Position numbers and translations under genes: made by a program
Notes under the pieces: model-generated
What the model saw: the letters and a program-made list of their open reading frames with translations, nothing else
The model's database searches: none
What the model was told of the DNA's origin: nothing
Shown: positions 26,986 through 39,479 of the stretch, piece by piece
How positions within the stretch are numbered: the first letter of the stretch is position 1
Layout: the number at the start of each line of letters is the position of its first letter
NCBI GenBank assembly: GCA_000442015.1
Contig: KE561054.1
Span: forward strand, 62,001 to 126,000
From: Rozella allomycis CSF55
Lineage: Eukaryota
Length of the DNA: 64,000 nucleotides
Reading direction: 5' to 3'

Positions 26986-27968
26986 ATGACTGTCCCAGAT
27001 TCAGTAATAGTCCATCCCCTTGTTTTGCTATCCGCTGTTGATCATTATAATAGAGTAGCACAAAATACAAAGAAACGAGTTGTTGGTGCTCTTCTAGGAC
27101 AATGGCAAGGAGGTGCTGTTCACATTACAAACTCATACGCATGTAATATTATGTATTTATTTATTATAGTGCCATTTGAAGAGGACGAAAAGGATCCTTC
27201 TGTTTGGTTTATTGATCACAACTTTCATGAAAACATGTACTCTTTATGTAAAAAGGTGAATGGTAAACTATTTGAATTGTCAAAATGATAGCAAAAGAGA
27301 AACCTGTAGGATGGTACCACAGCGGTCCTAAACTAAGATCAGCAGACCTTAAAATTAATGAGTTATTCAAAAAATACACTCAGGATCCAATTTTGGTTGT
27401 CATTGATGTTAAAATGCAAAGCGAAGGACTTCCTATAGACTCTTACGTGGCCGTAGATGAAATATCAGATGTAAGTATCGAATTATAACATTGATACTAG
27501 GATGGTACATCTACAATAAAAACATTTGCGCATATTTCATCTTTTGTAGATGCGGAAGAAGCTGAAGAAATTGGAGTAGAGCATCTTTTAAGAGACATTA
27601 AAGATTTGGCGGTGGGCTCCCTTTCTTCCAGGGTCACTGAGCAAGTTAATTCACTAAAGGGTCTTGTGACTCAAATGCAAGACATTGAAAGATATTTGGA
27701 AAAGGTTTTAAATGGACAATTGTCTGTTAATCACCCCATTTTGTATAACCTACAAAAGGTATTTAACTTGATGCCAAACACACAATCCCATGATTTAGCC
27801 AAGGCCATCACCACCACAGTTAATGACCAATATGCTGTAACTTACATAGCATCCATGGTTCGTTCAATTACTGCACTCCACGATTTAATTAACAACAAAA
27901 TTACGAACAAGGAAGATGAAACTAAGAGAGATGAAGTTGTGGAAAAGAAGACTGAAATGGTGGCTTAA
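26986..27968 (+). CDS. RPN8: 26S proteasome lid subunit Rpn8/PSMD7
   Basis: [52 protein letters not shown]. Confidence 0.97.
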
Positions 27969-28000
27969 TAAAAGGTTGTTCTTTTTAAATATGATTTATT

Positions 28001-29401
28001 TTAATCCGAATCATAAAACTCTTCGTCTTTCTGAATTAATGAGTCTTTCAAACTATATGATTTCCTGTCGTCTGGATGAATTTCTATTTCTGTTTCATGT
28101 GAAAAATCACTGGGAACTATGTGCATTTGAACAGACGGAGACCCTTGCAAGTATCTGAGATACCCAATGATTTCAGATTTTAGAGAATCGAGGTATTGTC
28201 TAGTATTTAAATTGTCAATTCTTGTGGAAGTGTTAGGATGTAGTTTAAAATCAGGACCGAAAAATTCGTAATAGTCATTGTACGGAAGATCGTTGGAAAT
28301 CGGTGTGTCAACAAGAATGGAAGTCTCATAAGCCCAACAACGACTGACATTTTTTATGGTATATCCACCACCTCCTAGTACAAGACTGTTAAATATATGA
28401 TTAAATGTTACGTAGGAATTTTAAATGACTTTACAAACTGTACACATTCGCCATGCCCTTTCAAGCTAAGATTGAAACACCCCAGTCGATCGCATCCTAG
28501 AGAATCTGCGCCACATTGAAGGACGATTGCCGTTGGCTGAAAGTTTTCGATTACTGCTTGGACAATCGGCTTAAAAATGTAAGCATATCCAGCATCATCA
28601 ATACCGTTCTTTAATGGGACATTCAATGAATACATCTTTCCCTTCTCAACACCTACTTCAGATATGTCTCCAGTTCCTTTCAAAGTAGAATAAACATAGT
28701 ACCTGGGAAAAATCCATCTCCATGCTTGTGAAAAGACAATGTCATTACTCGATCGGTAGTGTAGAACGCCTCCTGTACCCCATCTCCATGATGTACATCA
28801 ATATCAATATAAAGAACCCTGGAGTGATATCTTCGCTATGACATTTCAAAGAGGTTTACTTTAAAAGTTCCAAAATCGCGAGCACTATGTCATTGACATA
28901 ACAAAACCCTGAAGCTTCAAATTTTTTGGCGTGATGCAAACTATTGTCAAAACTCATTCACTTTTTACCCTCCTGACCAATTAACTGCCACATCGCATTG
29001 TCCGTGAATTAACTTGTGAACTCCCTCGAGTGATCCACCGGAATATATACTGCAAAATTCATGCATACCAGGAAATACTGGACAATCTTCACCCATATTA
29101 AACCGCTTGAGTACGCTTGAAAAAGTATTCACGTTCTCTGGCGTGACTCTTCGGTTAAACTGATATTGCAAATGTACCTTTTTAAAAAATCTATGTAATC
29201 TGCATCATGAAATTCAAGTAGTTCTATATCTGTAGCTTTTCGCGGCCTATATACATGCATCTTTTTATGTAGACCATAATGTAGCACTAAATTGTGTGTC
29301 AACGCCAGCCTATGTGGTTTCATGGGATGACCAACGCCATAGTGAAAATTCCCAACTTCCTCGTTGTAAAAATATGCTATTTTGTCTTTAGAATGCTGCA
29401 T
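28001..29401 (-). CDS. HOS2: Class I histone deacetylase, HDAC3/Hos2 type
   Basis: [62 protein letters not shown]. Confidence 0.95.
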
Positions 29402-29443
29402 GACAGTTTTTGAATTTTTACAAAATAAACAGACAAATTTTTT

Positions 29444-30890
29444 ATGTCAATATCCTCTTCTACAGCTAGTGTTGTTGATGTATATGATGACCTTCCTGCA
29501 AGCGAGCAAAATACTCAGGTAGTTTTTGTCTATATGTGGCAAAGAATTATGAAATAACTATAAAGGAATGCATCGATCAATGTCTAGATATACAAGGTAT
29601 TTGTTGGGACAACGAACAGATATCACGTGAAGAATTCCGGAGACACAGGTATAATGGCTTGATAATGACCCTGCAGGAGCAAAAGTTATAGAAATATGAG
29701 GTGTACAGAGAATGTCATATTCGATTACTTTGAATATACCAAGAGTTTAAATAATAATTATTTTTCATTTCACAGAACCTGCTTGAACCAAAAAACAACT
29801 TTCCTCCACTATCAATTACGTAATCTAATTGCAACCACGTCTAAAAATCGCTTAATTTATTCTGGTAATCATTTTGTGTTGTTATGTATCGAAATGACTA
29901 ACGTCATCGAATGGAATCCTGTGACTAGAGAATCCAGAATCCTTTTTGACACACAACAAAGTCAAATGTCATCAATGATGAGAATATGCTCCCTGACAAG
30001 CAAAGGAAAATATATAGTTATTGGAGGTAGTTAATCTAATCAATGTGTAAAGGCTATCAAGGAGAAATACTGGTCTGGGATAACTCGGATCTAAAAGTAT
30101 ATTCTCTATCATCAGAACCTGCCGCAATATTTACACATTTTCAATTTTCAAATTTGAGAGGTATAAAAGTGTATACCCACCAATAGATAACATTGTAGTC
30201 GCAAGTAACAATGATTCCTTTGTGAGATGGTTCGACATTTTTATGGGAACTACATCTCTAGCTATAAAGATGCCTTGGAGTGTTAATGTATTCCTGATAT
30301 TTTATATTTAAAATAAAGGCTTCAGCGTTGTCTGATTCAGAGACATCAATTGCCTGTGTCGGCGACAGCTGCGACTGTGTAATATATGACAGCCGAAATG
30401 GAAAAAGTATAAATATTTGATTTTATCGATAAGTTTCTAATACTTTATACGGTCATAGTGATTTTTGTTTTGCTATTGACTGGTCACCTTGCGGCAAATT
30501 TGTTGCTACAGGATCTCAAGATTGCACCGCTCGGTAAAGCTGATTTGTTTCAATTAAGAGAATTTATGATCTAAGAATGGCTAATAAATGCATTAATGTT
30601 ATGAAAGGAAATATAAGTGGTTTCCGAAACATAAAATTTAGTCCGGATGGGAAATATATTGCAATGTGTGAAACGGCAGATTATGTTCATCTTTATGATA
30701 CTAACGATAAATTCTCCAATGGCCAAATTATAGACTTTTTCGGTAACATTTTCATTTTGTAGAACCAGGTGAAATAACCGGATTTGATTGGAGCCGAAAT
30801 TCAGATTCATTCTTCATTGGATGCTACGATAGCGATTACGGCGGAATTATTGAATTTCAAAAAAGTAGAAATGGCATACCAATAATTTGA
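29444..30890 (+). CDS. WD40-repeat protein of the S. pombe C2A9.03 / DUF2415-like family
   Basis: DIQGICW...[69 protein letters not shown]. Confidence 0.85.
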
Positions 30891-30912
30891 AATAAAAGAT
30901 GCAAAAAGTTTA

Positions 30913-31967
30913 TTACATAAATCGTTTTCCCACTTCATAGGAACTTATCATGATCGCGCAAGCAGGTGCAACTTTCCCCACTCTCGCAGTGACACCCTTG
31001 AAAAGTCCGCGATATCCTTCCTCTTTAAAAATGTGACATAGCGCCTTTGTTACAGAATACCTAGCATTCTCTATGCTATCTAACAATAATGGGCAAAAAT
31101 CGTACTTTTAGTTTCGATTTGCCGCCTGGTCTTGGCTACGTCGAATGGTGTGGTTAAAACCGCCGCGATCATTCCAGACGTAGCACCCGCAATAAAAGAA
31201 ATTATCATTTCTTCCGTAACTTTCGTGTCAAGCTTTCGAATATAAAGCTTTTTTATTTTCGCTTTAGTATTCTCGTATGAAAGCCAGTAGATTGCTATAT
31301 ATCCAACAACATTTAGTTACCTGAAAAGGGAACATCTCGCCAAAGGGTTGGTGACAGTCCTTTCCATAGTGTACCCAACCCGTTTAAAGAAACAGATTGC
31401 TTTATATCTATGATTATACTTTTAATGGTTGTATTTTTCGTTGAGGCCTGGGCCCTGGTTCGAATCAATTCTATTGGGGATATAAATGAAGCAGCTATTG
31501 CTGGATAGTATAGATTATATATATTACTTCTTGCCAGAGCTCCCGAATAAAGAGGAGCCATTGGTGAATCCATTGTTACTTGAGAAAACCAGCCCTTTAA
31601 ATGCTCATATCCGACGTAATAAACAACAGTTGCAGGAACTGACATGACCAAAGTAGGGGAGAGTCCTCTCCATAAACTAGTAAATCCTTCTTGTTTCACT
31701 ATTTTCTTTATGCCGTCAAGAGTCCCTTTATAGCCATTGGTGGCCATAAGAGGTCTAACAGTATCATGGAAGTCATTAGCGAAAATAAAAGTAGATTTCT
31801 GTACAGAAATATTATTTGACACTTGAGCTTGAAGTCTGACTTTCACCACATCCATGGGAGTAACTATTTATGAGTCAAAACACAAATTTACCCAGCAAAG
31901 AAGTTAGAAATGCACCTATACCTGCTGAAATCGCCTTTTGTTTGTCTGATAATGTTTCTGAAGTCAT
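30913..31967 (-). CDS. MTM1: Mitochondrial carrier SLC25A39/40 (Mtm1)
   Basis: TSLLVTPMDVVKVRLQ, SLWRGLSPTLVMSVPATVVYYVGYE, LWRDVPFSAIYW, KVAPACAIMISSYE. Confidence 0.92.
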
Positions 31968-32031
31968 GCCTTTAACTTTTTTGAGCAAGGACAAAGCCTC
32001 ATTCTTAATTTCTGATCATAAGCCCTTTGAA

Positions 32032-33491
32032 ATGTTTTCTTGCCATATTTGCTCACGTTTAATTAGCGATAGATCCTCTTATTATACGTTTACGAAAACG
32101 CTTCTTTTAGGAGACAGATTCTTTAGATATTTTTGTGGAGACTGTCATTCAGGAGAAGAGATTTTATATAGATTAAAGCTATCATGGTAGCCATAAATAA
32201 TCTTTAAGTTAGGCTAGAAGCTGTTTTGTTGGCTCTGTGGAATTTGAATCGGCTCCAAGAATGTAACCTCTTTATCGCTGACCAAAAGCAAGCTATTCAT
32301 TTTATTTATATGCTAGGTACTATCATTCTGATCAAATATGTGAATTTATCGATAAAAATGAGCATAAATTTTGGGTTAATGGTTGTATATAATGCTTTTT
32401 GTCATCAAGGCAGCCAAGAATTCGTCAGTGATAAAGGACACTGTGGTGAAGACATTAGAAGAATTTGAGTTTAAATATTTTTTATCTAGTCGCACTACAT
32501 CATTAAAGCGTAATTATAGTAAGTTGTGCACAATAGACGGGTTATGGACTTTAGCAAATATGAATTGTCTGGACGAGATCCTCGCTGCCGAAAAAGATAC
32601 CGCTTTTGTTGTTTTACCAACTGGAGTTCTAGTTGATCCAATTAATTATAACGGGCAGGTATACGTGTATAACATGAATCATCGCAGAGCACAGTCGCTA
32701 AAAAGCTTAGCAGACGCGAAATTCTTAGCAAAACATACTCAAATTATGATTTCGATCGGCCTAATCCGTCAGGCAATGAGGTTCTGATGTGTCCACTAGC
32801 ATCTCATTCAGCTCCTCAAATTTTGTTTGAACCAAATGGAAAAACGATTTCGAATAAAAAGGTAGATATCTCAGCACGCAACAAAAGGGCTATTGTGTAG
32901 CCAAATCGACTCATGGGTTTGATTATGGCGATTTAGTTTATGAAGTCCATTTGCCTGTTGATTTTCAAGGGCACGTTAGAATAGGATGGTCGCATATTCT
33001 AGGGGATCCCCAAGCCGGGGTAGGATATGATGAATATGGATATTCAATCCGAGATAAAGATGGTCGTGCATTCCATGTTTCTAGATCCAAAGATTATGGC
33101 ACACCATTCGGTAACTACCTTATCGATGAAATATAGGTGCAGGGGACATTTTGGGTTGTGCAATAAAGATGCCGGAATTCGCCCCATCTGAGAAACAAAA
33201 TTATCTTAAAAGCTCCATAAAATCTGAATGGCCCCCTTTAAAGGAAGGAATATTCAACGTTGAAATGGATATTTTAGAAAACAGTCATATCGAATTCTTT
33301 CTAAATGGAAAAAGCCTTGGCTTAGCATTCGCACCAATATACAGAGGTATATGATAAAATTTTCTTGTTTTACAGGAAAGTATTATGCTGCTGCTTCTTT
33401 ATTTGGTGGAGCCAAAGTAGAAGTAAGGTTCAATAACCTGCAATATTCGTACCCTAATTACAAGACATTAGGCAGTGCTTTGCTTGAATAG
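32032..33491 (+). CDS. ASH2: Ash2/Bre2-like COMPASS subunit (PHD-like/WH + SPRY); start approximate
   Basis: LLGDRFFRYFCGDC, W..AVLLALWNL, ICEFIDKN, HSAPQ, KGYCVAKSTHG, GHVRIGWS, VGYDEYGYSIRD, IEFFLNGKSLGLAF. Confidence 0.85.
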
Positions 33492-33727
33492 TAATCAAGA
33501 CTTATTGAATGCTAAAATAAATATTAAAAATTTTGGATCTTTTTACATTTTTTTTTTGAAAGTGATAGCTGTATTTTTTGAAGTAATACAGTTATCGTAC
33601 AAGATGGATTTTGGCTTGGAAGAAGCTAAAATCATTTTCCCGAATATTTTTAAGAAGTACTATGTAAATTTTTAAATAAATTATTTTAAATATAAAAAAA
33701 AACATTTGGAAATATTCAAATATCAGA

Positions 33728-34947
33728 ATGGAAGTAGACGATCACAAAAATGAGTGGACTACACTGGAAAAATATTTACTAGCGCAGTCTGTTTGGAAAT
33801 GTGGCGATTCAAATTGGGTGGCAATATCTAGGCAGCTTAAACAACACGGCTGTTTAGCTGCGCGAAGTAGCGACTTTTTTTCACAAAGGGTATATAAAAT
33901 AACATTTTTTATAACAAGAATTGCGCATCAAAATATCAGGAGTTAGTTGAAGGATTTGAAGGCAACANGTTGAAGGGTTTGAAGGCAACAGGAAAACTAG
34001 ACACGATTTTGCAACAAGCGGAGCAAATGAGCAGAGTAAGTTTCTTTGTTTTATGGAATTAATAGTAGAAGATTTTGGTCCTGTTGTTGTTCGGTTGGCT
34101 AGAATTTTATATGCCGAACGAATGAAAGAGATTAAGCAGTTGGTCGTGTGTATGGCCCAACTTTTCAAGGAAGAAGCTGATAGCTTAAACGCTTTGAAAT
34201 GTACAGATAAATATTCGGTTATTGAGTCGAATATAAAATCTTCCTTAGTTTTACAAAAACAGCTGACTGAATCGCCTGACCCAATGCTTACCCCTGACTT
34301 GGTCTTATTAAGCCTAAAAAACTTTTTAAGCATTGAAATTACCGATGAGTTTAAAGTCGATGAACCATCCAGAAAAAGAACGAAATCAATTGAAGTTTCA
34401 TTAGACTTGAAAAAAGCTAGGATTGATGTTCAACATCAAAATACCACCACTTCAGTTACTAATGAGCACGAAGTGCAAAACGCTGTTACCGTCAATGTCA
34501 ACGAAGAGGCCGAACTCCCCATTTCACATCTTTTTAAGAAAAAGGTTGGAAAAGGTTGGTCTAAATCTGCCATTGTAATGATAAATGAAATTTACGCACA
34601 TCGTTCAGCGACTCCATTCCATACTCCTGTAGTAGAAAAAGATGCCCCGAGATATTTCGAAATTGTCAAAAATCCTATTTGTCTGAACGAAATCAAACAA
34701 AATATCAGAGAAGGGGTAATCAATCACTAAATTTTCTTATTAGTCCATTTCCTCCATTAAAGACCTTCGATTTTCCTTGTCTTTGATGATCACTAATGCG
34801 CTGGTCTATAATGATCCAGAAACGGATGTTTATTATAAAGCTATTCAACTTAATGATTTTATATTGAATAAACTAAAAAATTTTGAATCTTTAGAAGATG
34901 CCTCGAAACGGTTGGCAGCGGAACGTAGAAAGAAAAAACGACAATAA
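33728..34947 (+). CDS. BRD8-like SANT/Myb + bromodomain protein (NuA4/TIP60)
   Basis: WTTLEKYLLAQSVWKCGDSNWVAISR, ARILYAERMKEIK; bromodomain PFHTPV..KDAPRYFEIVKNPICL...NALVYN. Confidence 0.85.
33946..33990. repeat. 22-bp direct duplication flanking a single N (assembly junction); copies differ by one synonymous base
   Basis: GTTGAAGGATTTGAAGGCAACA-N-GTTGAAGGGTTTGAAGGCAACA; GGA vs GGG (both Gly). Confidence 0.9.
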
Positions 34948-34964
34948 ATGTATTTTTCTTTTTA

Positions 34965-35890
34965 TTATAGTCTTCCCATAATATTCATTGCGAACTCAAA
35001 TGCCATAAATGTCATAGCATTCACCGGGAAAGCCCTTAAAATACAAGGAACGAATCCACGGTAAAGGGCAGAGTACCCGCCTTGTTTAACGATTGTACTA
35101 AAACAATTTAAAGAACTTGAGTATTTGGCGTTTTTACCAAAACCATCTGTTTGAATGCATGATTTAATCAAGTCTACGGGATACAAAAACGTCCAAAGAA
35201 TAACACCGGAGGTACCACCAGCCAAAATGACTTGCCAAGAGGAAAGATCGGTTCTACTATTGACGTTATAAAATTTTATGAAGCGATTAATGATTTTTTC
35301 ATATGCTGCAAAATATATTCCATATCCAAAGAATTCCCTGGGTACCAAATGCAAAAGAACTTACCTGATCATAGTTATACAGTGTCCCTTATATAGCCCA
35401 TTAAAACCATGGGATTTGTAGATTTTTTGAATGGCATCTATTGAACCCCTATATAATTCACTATTCTTGGCTTGGACTTGAAGCCTAATTCTAATATGCT
35501 CCACAGGGGTCGATGCAATAGAATTGGATAATCCAGAAATACCACCAGCGACATACAACTGAGAAAGAGTTAAATCTTTCCCACCAAAAACCCTTTTCAT
35601 TGCTTCAAGGGCGCCAAACTGTATAGAGACACATGCGCCAATCCCTATCAATGGCGTTGATGACCCCTTTATTCATCCTATATATAGTTTACTTTATAAA
35701 ATGCCAATGCACCTTCATTCTTAAATGTATTTTTGATGCAAGACATGGTAGAAGGGTATAAATCTGGATTAGATTGCATACGAACCTTAACAGTATCAAA
35801 AGGCTGTCCAACCAAAACTTGAACAATACCACCAAACCATCCGGCTGAAAAATCTTTCAGGTATCTTGTTGCACTGTTTTCTTCATTCAT
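34965..35890 (-). CDS. YMC1: Mitochondrial carrier, Ymc1/Ymc2-like
   Basis: KDFSAGWFGGIVQVLVGQPFDTVKVRMQ, GIGACVSIQFG, PVEHIRIRLQ, YPVDLIKSCIQTD, RAFPVNA. Confidence 0.88.
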
Positions 35891-35974
35891 CGTGGCTTGA
35901 GCGTTGTCAAGATCACATCAAGTAAAAAGTGCAATAAATGTAATAATACTCTCTTTATTTTTAAGATTATTACT

Positions 35975-36625
35975 TCATATCTGCTTCAAAGGTTGTACTT
36001 TTGAATATGGGATAAGCCCAGCCTTACCAGTTCTTTCATTTAATCCATGCAGCCAGCCTTCTGAAACAATAATGCAGTTAGTTAAAGTGTCTCCAAGATC
36101 CATTAAAACCTCGCTAGGATCCTCGGGGCTATTAATTGAGACCGCTTTGCAATGAAATGATTTCTGGAGATCGTAATTGGATTCGGTGGTTTGCAATTGC
36201 ACAAAGCTTGAGTGACTGATAGCTCCGTTATTGCTCTGGTTTTTGTCTATATTATTTATTTGGTATAAATTACTAGGCGATCCCTGTGAATTGTAGGAAT
36301 TCGCTGCCAACGGACTAGTCCCTATCACCTTCATATGATCTGCGGTGTACGCGATATGACTCTGCAGTTTAGAGTTAATTTTTAAACGCTCTAATTCCAA
36401 TGTGTCTGTAACCACTGTTGGCTTTTGTTCAGGATAATGTGCTCTGCAATATGGGATTTTGTCCAGCCCCAGGCAAGTTTTCATTGTCAATTTAATTCCA
36501 CATACGTTGCAACTAAAACACGATTTATGCCATGGTTTTTCAAATACTATTAACAGGTCTACAGGGTATACCGTTTTTTGGCATTTTGAACACTCTTGGC
36601 CATTGTTACTGATATTTTCTTCCAT
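35975..36625 (-). CDS. LASP-like LIM + nebulin-repeat + degenerate SH3 protein, intronless
   Basis: LIM CSKC..TVYP...WHKSCFSCNVC...PYCRAHYP; nebulin-like TVVTDTLELERLKINSKLQSHIAY; SH3-like EGWLHG...TGKAGLIP. Confidence 0.85.
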   Translation of the reverse strand: MEENISNNGQECSKCQKTVYPVDLLIVFEKPWHKSCFSCNVCGIKLTMKTCLGLDKIPYCRAHYPEQKPTVVTDTLELERLKINSKLQSHIAYTADHMKVIGTSPLAANSYNSQGSPSNLYQINNIDKNQSNNGAISHSSFVQLQTTESNYDLQKSFHCKAVSINSPEDPSEVLMDLGDTLTNCIIVSEGWLHGLNERTGKAGLIPYSKVQPLKQI

Positions 36626-36729
36626 CGGAGATTTGTAGCTAATAGAGAATTCTACATCTTGCCAAATACATTGCCTTTTTGCTTATTCCACAGATGAAAT
36701 ATTATGACACATTAAATATACGAATGAAT

Positions 36730-37242
36730 TTATTTATTGATCAAATGCTCAGTAATAGTGGATCGGGAAAAGTCGTTCAGATAGATTAATGTATCATAAC
36801 CCTCTTCCCATTGAACTCTGCATGATCTTTCTGGATAGCACTAGATAATTAACCAGTATATGTTGAAATTACTCCTAAAACGAAAATATTCACCCTACTG
36901 CCATACACTTTTGCCAACCTTATCCATTTGGCCCGTTCGCTTGTCATGGTTAAAGTGTGAGTTAAGACAATTATTTTGAAATCCTCTGTTGAATTTGATT
37001 ATAATATTACTCTTTGAAAATATTCATTTGCCAAATTTAATTCTGCTTTAGTAGAACCTGCAATCACCTTCCAGCTCTGTATATTTTTAATAAATCTAGT
37101 TACAGGATCATTGTCTATTATAGACTTTACGAGATCTGTATCGGTATTTCTATTCCCGTCACCAAAAAGAATTACTTCTCATTCCCGATTAATAGTATAA
37201 GAACCATGTGCCAGAATCTCTGTTGCCAAGGATTACACTCAT
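36730..37242 (-). CDS. Small multi-exon hypothetical protein, possibly a degenerate P-loop-kinase fold; 5' end unresolved
   Basis: Exons joined by 27-32 nt introns: EVILFGDG...KIIVLTHTLTMTSERAKWIRLAKVYG...WEEGYDTLIYL. No Walker A. Not in ORF track. Confidence 0.5.
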
Positions 37243-37266
37243 ATCAAATAGAATTAAATTTTTTTT

Positions 37267-39464
37267 ATGGTTCAGACAACTGGTCAGTCTATCCGTGAGT
37301 CTGTGAATTCCAGTTTTGATATTTTGATATAAATGAAGTTTTGGTCAGTTTTAAGGTACAATTTGATCATGAATGCGTGAGGGCGTTTATTGAGTTTTGT
37401 ATTTCCTTTACTCCAAATTTCTCAATTGAACAAATGAATTATGGAACGACTGAACAGATCTTGAAAACAATTTTTTCATCGGATAACAAAAATATACCTC
37501 AAATTTGCCTAGATTTGACTACATTTTTGCAAAAAGCAGATTCTTTCCAGCTTTATAAACTTCTTCCAGTCCTATTAAGAGAATTTTTTGGCTCTCTGGA
37601 CAAGCCGTATCATATTTTCTATGTGTAACATAAGGGGATACATCAGTAGGATAAAAAATGAAGAAGAACGGATATCTTTGAAAGAATTTCTACGAGTAGA
37701 AGGCCCTTTATTTATCGCTTGCCTTAAGAATTTTTCAAACAGAAACTACCTATACCAAATTGATGGAGAAACATTTCCGGTAGCAATGCAAATATTCTAA
37801 TAATAGTTTCCATTAAAACATTATCTTATGAATCAAGAATTTGAGCTCGTTCCTCAATCCTTTTTGGCAAGGATGTCCAACACATTTATCATAGGAAAGT
37901 GCAACAATCTAGAGTTGGACATTATGGAGTTTTTTCTTTTTAATTTCCTAATATCTGTGAAACATATTCCTTATCTGGAAGTGGAATCTCTTAATTATTC
38001 CACAACGACTTCGGGGTTACGAAAATTGTCTCCTATGTCGTATTTTAAATCATCAAAGGTCTCAGTTCACAATTCAGATCTTATGGTGGAATTATTGGAA
38101 GAATATTTTGCCTATTTTATCGTTTGCGGAAATGAATGCCGTCTTAGCGTTTTGAATTCTCCCTTAGTTGTTGATATTTTTAGTGTGCATGTCCATCAAA
38201 TGATGGCTTCTGATATGATTCTTTTTTTGCTTGCCGCTGTTTCAGAATTTTGGCTTCATATTGAGGATGCCGCTCTTAGACCACCAGTATGATACGAAAT
38301 TAAACCTAATATAGAATAGGATAATTTTAAATAAGCGACTGATGCATTCTGTTAAACTGTTTATCCAGCATTTAATACAACTCGACTTTAATGACATGAT
38401 TCCGGGTTCGGCAACCTTAAAAGCGTAATTGTACCCATTTCGTGTTTATAGCTCTATTTTTACGCTTGTTCAAAGGTGCTTGTACCAATATTTTGTAGTA
38501 GCTTTTGAACATGCCGATGACGTTGAGTTTCCATTATTGACATGGGCCACTTATGCTTTTCCCGCCAACTTATCACAGGAGTATATCCATATGAACTTTG
38601 TATTTTACTCGGTTATTACACAAAGAATATTTGTTCATTTTATAAAACAATGCGAAAAACTGACATCGAGCAAAAAGAATCCTAATGATTTATTGTCTTT
38701 AATGGCCAAATTATTACATATTTTATCATCCAATGAAGCTGTTGTCGATTCGATTAGGATAAGTAAATTTCTTTTGTAAAGTGTAGCTTAGTGGAGGACT
38801 TTGCATGTCAACCTGGTAATGAAATTTCCAACCAAATATCCCAATTTGAAGGAAGTGCCTTTTACTACAAAAGATTTTTCGCGAATGAAGAATGCGAATT
38901 AGTAAAATTACTTTTGACGCATGTTTGGCACTTTAAGGTGCTTTTCAATGACGCGCAGACACAAATGAAGATTCAGGACATATTCAATCAAACTCAAATA
39001 ATTTTTCAAGTAATCACCCTATTTTCCAAATAATGTTATCTATTGAGGATATGGAAACAATAGAATTAAGCTCCTCGTTGATAAAAAAGTCAATTCCACT
39101 CTTTGCTGAATCCGAAAAGGGTTTTCTTACCCAGCAAGGAAAGAATCAATTGAAGCTCGGGGCTAGGAAATGTTCAAACAAAGACCTTGTTCCCCGTTAT
39201 AATGCCGAAAAACTTATAATTCAAACCCATGAAATTGCAATACTGGCTCAATTCCTCTATTCACTTTCCGAAGAAATCAATGGACGCGTAAAATCGAAAA
39301 TGTAACATAAATAGATTGAAAAATTATTAAAGTCGGTTGAATTTGTGGACTCTCGAGTCTTCAAAGTAAATTTACGACCCCTGGCTTCAATTAACTTTCA
39401 ACTACGAGCAGCCACAATAATTTTTGTTTCATGGATAGTTTTCAAAATAATAAATTTATTTTAA
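37267..39464 (+). CDS. SMPD4 (neutral sphingomyelinase 3)/NET13-like protein
   Basis: MEFFLFNF, SEFWL, TWATYAFP, NFVFYS, LTQQGKNQLKLGARKCS, THEIAILAQFLYSLS, VNLRPLAS, C-terminal TM. Confidence 0.75.
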
Positions 39465-39479
39465 TTGGTTTATTTCTAA

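Noticed and set aside
31870-32031. ASH2 ORF extension overlapping the MTM1 first exon, with a shared CATG at 31965-31968
   Set aside because: The extension has no homology signal; the ATG at 32032 is more parsimonious.
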